Of a DNA stretch of 32,000 bases, positions 25,901-32,000 are shown in pieces (within the stretch, counting starts at the first letter, position 1; each line of letters opens with the position of its first letter). The stretch lies in assembly GCF_009831105.1 (NCBI RefSeq), contig NZ_WUUQ01000004.1, positions 1 to 32,000 of the forward strand, given 5' to 3'. This DNA comes from Copranaerobaculum intestinale. Its GTDB lineage: Bacteria; Bacillota_I; Bacilli_A; Erysipelotrichales; Erysipelotrichaceae. The translations under genes and the position numbers were made by a program. The notes beneath the pieces are model-generated. The model searched no databases and was not told where the DNA came from. It saw only the letters and a program-made list of their open reading frames with translations.

Positions 25901-26474
25901 TGTATTGGCAAATAATCTGAATGTAAACGTTCTGGTAATGGATACTGAAGTGTACTCCAATACCGGCGGTCAGTCTTCAAAATCTTCACAGGCTGCTTCC
26001 ATTGCGAAATTTGCGGCCGGCGGTAAATCCACCGCGAAGAAAGACCTCGGCCAGATTGCTATGGCTTACGGTCATGTTTATGTGGCTCAGATTTCTATGG
26101 GTGCTGACAAGAACCAGACATTGAAAGCAATCCGTGAAGCGGAAAGCTATGATGGACCATCTTTGATCATCGCATACTCACCATGTGTTGAGCACGGTAT
26201 TAAGGGCGGTCTGTCCAATCATCAGATTACCCAGAAGAAAGCGGTTGAATGTGGTTATGTAGATCTTTACCGCTACGATCCGAGAAATGAACAGCCGCTT
26301 ACCATCGACTCTAAAGAACCGGATTACGAGAAGATGGTTGACTTCATGATGAATGAAACCCGTTATGCTCAGCTGCCGAAGTTAAAAGGTGAAACAGCAT
26401 ACGAAATGTTCGAAAAGACGAAGAAGGATGCTATGCGCCGTCACAAACGCTTAGTAAAACTGACTCAGGAATAA
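22971..26474 (+). CDS. nifJ: pyruvate:ferredoxin (flavodoxin) oxidoreductase, single-polypeptide NifJ/PFOR type
   Basis: 1,167 aa. N-terminal MDGN.A.AH.AYAF.E...IYPITPSSPMAE. Two ferredoxin motifs (CIQCGFCSFVCPH and CVGCGLCVVECPG). TPP-binding region GGDGWSYDIGYGGLDH...VLVMDTEVYSNTGGQ. Confidence 0.97.
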   Translation: MTKQFMSMDGNTATAHCAYAFTELSAIYPITPSSPMAEVVDVWASQGRKNLFDTVVKVAELQSEGGAAGAVHGALQAGTLATTFTASQGLLLMIPNIYKMVGEMLPGVLHVSARALASRALNIFGDHEDIYACRQTGICMMASHSVQEAMDLAGVAHLSAIKAQVPFMHFFDGFRTSHEIQKIEVMDTEVFKDMIDYSALDAYRARALNPHTNPVTRGGAENDDIFFQGVEARNSHYDAVPDVVADYMKKISEITGREYAPFTYYGAEDAERVIVAMCSVTETIKETVDALCAQGEKVGLIKVHLYRPFSVKYLEAVLPKSVKKIAVLDRTKETGATGEPLYLDVLAALHGHKDIEIVGGRYGLGSKDTQPCHIKAVYDHLKQDNPFTGFTVGINDDVTNLSLPYDESFQVNADYTSCLFWGLGSDGTVSANKSTVKIIGDNTDQYAQAYFAYDSKKAGGVTRSHLRFGNSPIHSTYYINNADFVSCSLDAYMFKYDMVRNLKDGGSFLLNTTFSKEEIVEHMPNRMKVQLAKKHAKLFIINATKIAQEIGMGRRTNTILQSAFFALNEQIMPYATAVDLMKAAAKKSYSKKGDAVVQLNYKAIDAGKDGIEEVAVDPSWAELTYNAGRKLTGDEYFDNHVAAINGLEGYDMPVSAFTGDFLLDGSIRNDVSFKEKRTIAVQVPTWHPENCIQCGFCSFVCPHATIRPFLLTEEEIKNAPMEFKTIQAMGKGVENMQYRIQVTPANCVGCGLCVVECPGKAGKKALEMVDINEKLDQEPLADYLFKEVDYKSEYFPTTTVKGSQFLMPYFEVSGSCPGCGETPYYKLVSQLFGRDMLVANATGCSSIYCGSTPSTPFVTDKNGEGVAWANSLFEDNAEFGYGMALSQNYKEARILKTMEENMDKVAPELKEAFASYISVHGDREKERELAPVIKELAAKSDIDAVKALTKEDLVSKSVWIIGGDGWSYDIGYGGLDHVLANNLNVNVLVMDTEVYSNTGGQSSKSSQAASIAKFAAGGKSTAKKDLGQIAMAYGHVYVAQISMGADKNQTLKAIREAESYDGPSLIIAYSPCVEHGIKGGLSNHQITQKKAVECGYVDLYRYDPRNEQPLTIDSKEPDYEKMVDFMMNETRYAQLPKLKGETAYEMFEKTKKDAMRRHKRLVKLTQE

Positions 26475-26485
26475 TCGATCAAATG

Positions 26486-26517
26486 AAAAAGGGAAGCAAG
26501 TTTGCTTCTCTTTTTTT
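26486..26517 (+). terminator. rho-independent terminator after nifJ
   Basis: AAAAAGG-GAAGCA-(AGTT)-TGCTTC-TCTTTTTTT. Confidence 0.75.
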
Positions 26518-26552
26518 CAGATAACTTCCAGAAATTTCTGGAAAAGGGAGGA

Positions 26553-26581
26553 TTGACAGAAGCGAAATCTCATTATAAGAT
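26553..26581 (+). promoter_or_regulatory. sigma-A-like promoter of the antiterminator/PTS operon
   Basis: TTGACA (26553-26558), 17-nt spacer, TAAGAT (26576-26581). The RAT element starts about 30 nt downstream. Confidence 0.55.
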
Positions 26582-26615
26582 ATAGACAAATAGATACATT
26601 TATAAATTTATGTGA

Positions 26616-26645
26616 GATTGTTACTGTAGAAAACAGGCAAAACTT
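26616..26645 (+). promoter_or_regulatory. RAT (ribonucleic antiterminator) element of the LicT/SacY/BglG type
   Basis: GATTGTTACTGTAGAAAACAGGCAAAACTT against the B. subtilis RAT consensus GGATTGTTACTG-(loop)-CAGGCAAAACC. Its 3' half overlaps the 5' arm of the following terminator. Confidence 0.85.
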
Positions 26646-26698
26646 ACTTTTCACAAGACTTGCTTTTAAGCGGTCGGAAAGTAGTTTTGTCTTTTTTT
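26638..26698 (+). terminator. conditional terminator overlapped by the RAT
   Basis: CAAAACTTACTTT (26638-26650) pairs with AAAGTAGTTTTG (26678-26689), followed by TCTTTTTTT. Confidence 0.8.
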
Positions 26699-26723
26699 GT
26701 TTAAAAAGAAAGGAAGGATGAAT

Positions 26724-27554
26724 ATGCAGGTCGTTAAGGTATTCAACAACAATGCCGCTGCAGTAGTCCTTGAGGATGGCAGTGAAGCGATTGTCACCGG
26801 CAAGGGTGTCGGCTTTAGTAAAAAGCCGAAGGACTTTGTCAATCTAGGACGCGTTCAAAAGGTGTACACCATAGAGAAAAACAAGCGGAATCGTCTGTAC
26901 CGGCTCATGGAAACAACCCCCTATGAATACATTCGGGTGTCAGAAGCCATTCTGGAAAAAGTGAAAAAAGAGCTGTATCCCAATATCAATGACTTGTGTT
27001 TATTCAGTCTTGTCGATCATATCTCTTTTGCTATTGAACGTGTTCAAAAGGGGATTGAGCTTCCCAATTTGATCCTAAGAGAAACTCGCTGGCTGTATCC
27101 TCAGGAGTATGATATTGCGAAGTGGGCATTACAGGAAATTCATCAAACCAGTCAGGTGCAGTTACCGGATGACGAAGCGGGTTATATTGTGCTTCACATT
27201 TTAAACGCATCCGGAACCAATAAGAAGGACAATCTATTGGATATCATGAACTGCACCAAGATCATTACCGGAATCATCGAGGAAGAGATGAAACTGGAAA
27301 TCGATCAGAATGATTTTGATTATTACCGTTTTGTCATGCATGTTAAATACTTACTGTCGAAGCTGAAAACCGGGCAGGATCAGGCTCTGGCTAATGCCGA
27401 TGAGCTTTACGCGATATTTATTGAAAAAGATGCAAAGCTGCGTAAGAGCATTGATCGGATCAATACCCTGATTCAGAAGGAATACGGGGTTTCCTTAAGC
27501 AGACAGGAAATTGTCTACTTGGCAATTCATATCACCAAGTTCATCAAACGATAA
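26724..27554 (+). CDS. licT: BglG/LicT-family PRD transcription antiterminator
   Basis: 276 aa from ATG 26724. The N-terminal CAT RNA-binding domain MQVVKVFNNNAAAVVLEDGSEAIVTGKGVGF matches the MKI.KV.NNNV....G.E.I..G.GI.F pattern. Two PRDs follow with conserved His (LVDHISFAIER, YIVLHILNA, FVMHVKYLL, YLAIHITKF). Confidence 0.9.
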   Translation: MQVVKVFNNNAAAVVLEDGSEAIVTGKGVGFSKKPKDFVNLGRVQKVYTIEKNKRNRLYRLMETTPYEYIRVSEAILEKVKKELYPNINDLCLFSLVDHISFAIERVQKGIELPNLILRETRWLYPQEYDIAKWALQEIHQTSQVQLPDDEAGYIVLHILNASGTNKKDNLLDIMNCTKIITGIIEEEMKLEIDQNDFDYYRFVMHVKYLLSKLKTGQDQALANADELYAIFIEKDAKLRKSIDRINTLIQKEYGVSLSRQEIVYLAIHITKFIKR

Positions 27555-27688
27555 AAAGCATTGTTTCAACCGGAAAGGAAGAAGAAAGAGATGCGATGCT
27601 GAAAAGTCAATATGAAAAGCAGGAGGTGAGAGTGAGGAGCTTGAAAGAAGTACCGTCTACCAAATACAGAAAAAGGAGTGATGAAATT

Positions 27689-29113
27689 ATGAAAAAGTAT
27701 TGGAACCGATTTATGAATCAAATGAATAAGTTCGGCAAAGCTATGCTGCTGCCGATCGTCGTGCTGCCGCTTGGCGGTTTGCTGCTGTTTTTAGGAGATC
27801 CGACCATCCTGAATTTACCGGTATTGACTGCGGTGAGTTCTGTCGTATTCGGAAATATCGATCTGTTATTTGCAATTGGCGCAATCAGTGCATTCGCAAA
27901 AACCAAGGATAAAACCAGCCCGATCGTTGCGGTCGTCTTATCCTTGATGGCTTTTAAAAATGTGCTTACAACAGTTAATGAAAATGTAAGCATGGGTGTA
28001 TTTGCCGGTATTTTGGTAGGTATCACCACGGTATTTATTTATAATCACAGCCGTGAGTGGAAAACCCCGAGCATGTTTAATTTCTTCACCGGTGATAAAT
28101 TTGTTATCACGTTAGCACCGCTGTGTATGATTGCATTAGGCTGTATCTTCGCCTATGTATGGGCTCCAATTCAGGATGTTTTGAATACCTTTGCGATCTG
28201 GATCGGTTCCGCCGGAGTGATCGGCGTCATTATTTACGGTATTTTGAACCGTCTGTTGATCCCCATCGGACTGCATCATATTCTGAATGTTTATATCTTT
28301 TATGAAATGGGTTCTTTCGCTGTAAACGGCGGTATCGTAAAGGGAGAAATTGCTCGCTTTGCGGCCGGTGATCCTACGGCCGGTGCCTTTTTGGCCATGT
28401 ACTTCGTTGTTACAATGTTTGGATTACCGGCAGTCTGCGCCGCTATCTACAATACTGCCAAGAAAGAGAAAAAATCAGAAATCAAAGGTGCGATGGTTAC
28501 CAATGCCCTGACATCCTTTGTTACCGGTATTACCGAGCCGGTTGAATTTTCCTTTATGTTTGTCGGACCTCAGCTGTATGTCATGCACGCGTTGTTCACC
28601 GGTATTGCAGGCGGCTTTCTGTATCTTTTAAATGTTAAAGAAGGCTTAACCTTTGGATTCAGCTTCATCGACTATGTTGTACTTTATAATAAAGCTTCAG
28701 CGCCGCTTATGATCTTAGTGGTCGGTATTCCAATGGCCCTGCTGTACTATTTCAGTTTCCGTTACGTGATTGTTAAGAAGGATATCAAAACCCCGGGCCG
28801 TGAGGATGATATAGAATATGGTGAAGCAATCAGCGAGGATGAACAAAATCTGAAGCTGGCTCATACCAATTACCGCTATATGGCGAAAAAGGTATTAGAG
28901 AATCTGGGCGGTAAAGCGAATATTGTAGATATGGAAAACTGCATTACCCGTCTGCGTGTGGAATTAAAAGACGGCAAGCTGATCAATGAGGACAATATAT
29001 TAAAGACTGGGGCAAAGGGAGTCGTTCATCTTGGCGACAATGCGATTCAGATTGTCATCGGTACTGATGTGAAATATATCATGCAGGAAATTGAAGCTTT
29101 GATGGAGGATTGA
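27689..29113 (+). CDS. PTS glucose-family EIICB component (EIIC N-terminal, EIIB C-terminal)
   Basis: 474 aa from ATG 27689 (AAAGGAG RBS; the track ORF begins upstream at 27596). Glc-family motifs NRLLIPIGLHHILN and GITEPVEFSFMFVGPQLY. C-terminal EIIB-Glc Cys motif ENCITRLRV. Confidence 0.9.
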   Translation: MKKYWNRFMNQMNKFGKAMLLPIVVLPLGGLLLFLGDPTILNLPVLTAVSSVVFGNIDLLFAIGAISAFAKTKDKTSPIVAVVLSLMAFKNVLTTVNENVSMGVFAGILVGITTVFIYNHSREWKTPSMFNFFTGDKFVITLAPLCMIALGCIFAYVWAPIQDVLNTFAIWIGSAGVIGVIIYGILNRLLIPIGLHHILNVYIFYEMGSFAVNGGIVKGEIARFAAGDPTAGAFLAMYFVVTMFGLPAVCAAIYNTAKKEKKSEIKGAMVTNALTSFVTGITEPVEFSFMFVGPQLYVMHALFTGIAGGFLYLLNVKEGLTFGFSFIDYVVLYNKASAPLMILVVGIPMALLYYFSFRYVIVKKDIKTPGREDDIEYGEAISEDEQNLKLAHTNYRYMAKKVLENLGGKANIVDMENCITRLRVELKDGKLINEDNILKTGAKGVVHLGDNAIQIVIGTDVKYIMQEIEALMED

Positions 29114-29114
29114 T

Positions 29115-30515
29115 ATGTTGAAGATGCGAGAAGAAACCATCTGCCATTTTCTTGATATTCTGAAGCGCCGGCATATCGAATGTCATGCTTTGAGTATTTG
29201 TCAGAATGATCAGCTTCTGATTGAGGAAGCTTTTCATCCATATGAACTGGAGAAACTGCATCCCGTATATTCGGTTACCAAGTCCTTTACCTCAATGGCG
29301 ATCGGATTTCTGGAAGCAGAACAGAGGATTGATATTGAAAAGCCATGGATATCCTATTTTCCTGAGTATCGAAACGATGTGGAAGATCCGGCATTTTTGC
29401 AGGTTACGATTCGCCATCTGCTGACGATGTCTTTGGGACAGGACTGCGAGGTGGAGGTGATGAGGGGGGATCATTGGATTCAGACAATTTTGGGAAAGAA
29501 GCTGGCATATGCTCCGGGTTCAGTATTTTTCTATAACAGTCATTGTTCACATATGCTGTCTGCCCTTGTAACAAAGCTTACCGGGGAAAAAATGAGCGAG
29601 TATTTAAGACCACGATTGTTTGCTCCGCTGCAGATCGTTGATTATTACTGGCAGGAGGATCAGCAGGGTTTGTCGATCGGCGGCTATGGTCTGCACCTGC
29701 GTATTCACGATTTGATGAAATTCGGTAAATGCTGTTTGGATCATGGGACTTATAAGGGATTGCAGGTACTTTCAGAATCCTGGCTGAAGCAAGCAACCAG
29801 CTATCAAATGAAAAATGTGAATGTTTATCCGGCACAACGAAGTGAAAATCGACAGGGTTATGGTCTGCATTTCTGGATGTGTACAAGAGGCGGCTATCGG
29901 ATGTCCGGTCTGCATGCTCAGCTGTGCTTCATTCAGCCGGAAAATAATCTGGTCGTTGCGATGTTTAATAATTCAACCGGCAGTCAGGCGATTTTGGATT
30001 GTTTATTTGAAGCGATGGAGGATCAGCCGGAAACTGCACCGATACCCGTGTTTAAAATATTACCGCTATCTGGTACATCTAAAGAAACGGTCTTAGATCC
30101 ATGGCTGCATGAATTGATTCCTGCTGGTGTAAATGATTTTAAATTGGATTGGATTCGCTTTGAATCAGAGGATGACAAAATTCAAATTCATATCAGCCGC
30201 AATCAGCAGACGTACTGCGTATTAGCAGGATATAACAGTTGGCTGGCACAGGATAATCAGTTCCATACTTTTAATACGTTTATGTCTTATGATAGTCTGT
30301 GCAATGAACAGCCCAGCACGGTTGATAATACTTTATTTGCATCCTATGCCTGGATAACGCCGACCACGCTGAAGGTTGTCATACGTGAGCATGATCATTC
30401 TGCGGTGACAACCTTGACCTTTGCATTTGATCGTTATCATGTTGTACTGTATTATCATATCGACGGTTTATATACGAATCTGACTGAAACAAAGTGTGTC
30501 TTCAAACGACTATGA
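29115..30515 (+). CDS. beta-lactamase-fold serine hydrolase (PBP/class-C-like family), apparently cytoplasmic, with an extra ~150-aa C-terminal domain
   Basis: 466 aa with GGAGGA RBS; the start lies 1 nt after the EIICB stop. S-x-x-K motif at S53-K56 (PVYSVTKSFTSMAIG). A PGSVFFYNS segment sits at the Y-x-N position. The GYRMSGLHAQLCFIQPENNLVVAMFNN block resembles the family C-terminal (K/H)-T-G region. No N-terminal hydrophobic signal. Confidence 0.8.
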   Translation: MLKMREETICHFLDILKRRHIECHALSICQNDQLLIEEAFHPYELEKLHPVYSVTKSFTSMAIGFLEAEQRIDIEKPWISYFPEYRNDVEDPAFLQVTIRHLLTMSLGQDCEVEVMRGDHWIQTILGKKLAYAPGSVFFYNSHCSHMLSALVTKLTGEKMSEYLRPRLFAPLQIVDYYWQEDQQGLSIGGYGLHLRIHDLMKFGKCCLDHGTYKGLQVLSESWLKQATSYQMKNVNVYPAQRSENRQGYGLHFWMCTRGGYRMSGLHAQLCFIQPENNLVVAMFNNSTGSQAILDCLFEAMEDQPETAPIPVFKILPLSGTSKETVLDPWLHELIPAGVNDFKLDWIRFESEDDKIQIHISRNQQTYCVLAGYNSWLAQDNQFHTFNTFMSYDSLCNEQPSTVDNTLFASYAWITPTTLKVVIREHDHSAVTTLTFAFDRYHVVLYYHIDGLYTNLTETKCVFKRL

Positions 30516-30566
30516 GAAATGTAAATATTCATAGATTGCATGAATATTGCAGATGGGGAGGAAATG

Positions 30567-31043
30567 ATGATGTTTAAATTTTTTAAAAAGAAAGCTGTTC
30601 ATGTATATGCACCGGTTGACGGTATTCAAATTCCTCTGGAAGCGGTAAATGACCCGGTATTCGCAACAAAGATGATCGGTGCAGGGGCAGCCTTTGAACT
30701 ATCGGGGGATACGATATATTCACCATGTGCAGGAACGATTCATTTGATTGCGGATACACTTCATGCTTTCGGTATCGTTATGCCCGGCGGTATTGAAATT
30801 CTCATCCATGTCGGTCTGGAAACGGTCCGCCTGAAAGGGCAGGGATTAACACCGCTGAGAAAACAAGGAGATTCAGTTCAAGTGGGGACGCCGCTGCTTA
30901 AAATTGATCGTGGATTCATGAAGGAGCAGCAGGTGGATCTGACCACGATTGTGGTTATCGTGAAAGATAACGGTCTGCATACTGTGCTTTGTGACAATAC
31001 GCAAGTAAGCAGCGGCACTACCGAAATCTTCACGCTGCAATGA
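30567..31043 (+). CDS. PTS EIIA-Glc component
   Basis: About 158 aa. Start chosen among ATG 30564/30567/30570, after the GGGGAGG RBS at 30555-30561. PLE.V.DPVF, then HAFGI...G.EILIHVGLETV containing the two conserved His of Crr-type EIIA. Confidence 0.88.
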   Translation: MMFKFFKKKAVHVYAPVDGIQIPLEAVNDPVFATKMIGAGAAFELSGDTIYSPCAGTIHLIADTLHAFGIVMPGGIEILIHVGLETVRLKGQGLTPLRKQGDSVQVGTPLLKIDRGFMKEQQVDLTTIVVIVKDNGLHTVLCDNTQVSSGTTEIFTLQ

Positions 31044-31114
31044 TGCATACAGGATTATGAATGGATTTATCGGTTATGAAGACTCTTCGATCCTGAATAT
31101 ATCATGCAATTTCT

Positions 31115-31143
31115 AAAAGAAGCAGCTGTCTGCTTCTTTTTTC
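31115..31143 (+). terminator. rho-independent terminator ending the PTS operon
   Basis: AAAA-GAAGCAG-(CTGT)-CTGCTTC-TTTTTT. Confidence 0.8.
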
Positions 31144-31216
31144 TTGAATAGTATGATTTGCTTTTTCTCTAGTTTTTGGTTATGATTATGTGTACTTTAA
31201 GAAAGCGAGGGGAATT

Positions 31217-32000
31217 ATGGAAGATATTATTCATATTATCGGACATAAAAATCCTGATACCGATTCAATCGTATCGGCGATTGCATATGCGGAATTAAAG
31301 CGCCGCCTGGGGATTAGTGCGATCGCGTGCCGAATCGGAGAATTAAATTCAGAAACAACCTACATCCTGAATAAATTTAACGTTCAGGAGCCGATTTATA
31401 TTCAAAATGCAAAACTGAAGCTGTATGATGTACCATTTGATCAGCCGCTGACTATCACCAAGGAGAAAACACTGAAAGAAGCATGGGATAAAATGTGTGT
31501 GAGCACAGATCAGGGACGCAGTACATCGCTGTACGTGGTTGATTCTGACAATCGCCTGATCGGCGTTGTATCACTATCAGATATTGCCCATATCCTGCTG
31601 AATCCCAGGGCGAATATCAAAGCGCTGATGGCGGAAACACCGGTAGAAAATATCTGTGAGGTGCTGGACGGAAATCTGGTATATAAACCTGATCGTTTCC
31701 GGCGGAAGGGAAATGTGCATATCATAACCTCCAATCATCATGACCGCCATGAAATTGATTTTAGAGACAGCGTTGTCGTGATGAGTGATGATTTAAGCCT
31801 GCAGCGTCATGTGGTAGAAAACGGTGCTTCCTGTTTGATTCTGGCAGGAGTTGATATCATTTCAAAGGGTATTGTCGAAAGTGCAAAAGAAAACGGATGT
31901 ATTATCGTACAGACGATGAAATCAATGATGGATGTAGCAAATATCATCTATCAGGCGATTCCGGTATCCAGCATTATGTGCCGAAAGGTGGTATCCTTTG
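31217..32000 (+). CDS. family II (DHH) manganese-dependent inorganic pyrophosphatase with CBS-DRTGG-CBS insert (CBS-PPase), 5' partial
   Basis: Open frame from ATG 31217 to the window edge, translated by hand and absent from the ORF track because it lacks a stop. MEDIIHIIGHKNPDTDSIVSAIAYAELKRRLG is the DHH motif I-II region. It is followed by a CBS-like segment (LYVVDSDNRLIGVVSLSDIA) and a DRTGG-like segment (GNVHIITS...VVVMSDD...GASCLILAG). Confidence 0.8.
   Translation, partial: MEDIIHIIGHKNPDTDSIVSAIAYAELKRRLGISAIACRIGELNSETTYILNKFNVQEPIYIQNAKLKLYDVPFDQPLTITKEKTLKEAWDKMCVSTDQGRSTSLYVVDSDNRLIGVVSLSDIAHILLNPRANIKALMAETPVENICEVLDGNLVYKPDRFRRKGNVHIITSNHHDRHEIDFRDSVVVMSDDLSLQRHVVENGASCLILAGVDIISKGIVESAKENGCIIVQTMKSMMDVANIIYQAIPVSSIMCRKVVSF

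Overview
Chromosomal segment of a low-GC Gram-positive anaerobe (Bacillota). The gene content (PFOR, a CBS-type family II pyrophosphatase, several PTS loci) fits a gut Erysipelotrichaceae/Clostridia-like organism, but the taxon cannot be proven from sequence alone. From left to right the window contains: (i) a 1-1.65 kb AT-rich module (XRE regulator plus a small DUF3953-like membrane protein, each with its own promoter and terminator). It abuts a diguanylate-cyclase gene cut off just after the start of its GGDEF domain, so this is probably the edge of an integrated mobile element. (ii) A MalY/PatB-type aminotransferase and a small Cys-rich protein. (iii) A mannose-family PTS locus with two EIIB and two EIIA genes, one EIIC/EIID pair, an AgaS-like SIS enzyme and an MtlR/ManR-type PRD regulator. 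(iv) An MscS channel, two membrane proteins and a LysR regulator. (v) A monocistronic 7.6-kb gene for a 2,536-aa protein built from about 23 diverged ~100-aa CnaB/SpaA-like modules. It has no recognisable signal peptide, wall anchor or sortase context, carries about 90 cysteines, and shows co-varying putative isopeptide and Cys-pair residues. This is the most unusual object in the window. (vi) A nifJ-type pyruvate:ferredoxin oxidoreductase. (vii) A LicT/BglG antiterminator-controlled operon: a RAT/terminator riboregulator, a Glc-family EIICB, a cytoplasmic beta-lactamase-fold serine hydrolase and EIIA-Glc. (viii) The 5' part of a CBS/DRTGG-containing family II pyrophosphatase. I saw no rRNA, tRNA, CRISPR array, transposase or recognisable defence system. 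All motif matches were made by eye, and no database search was possible.
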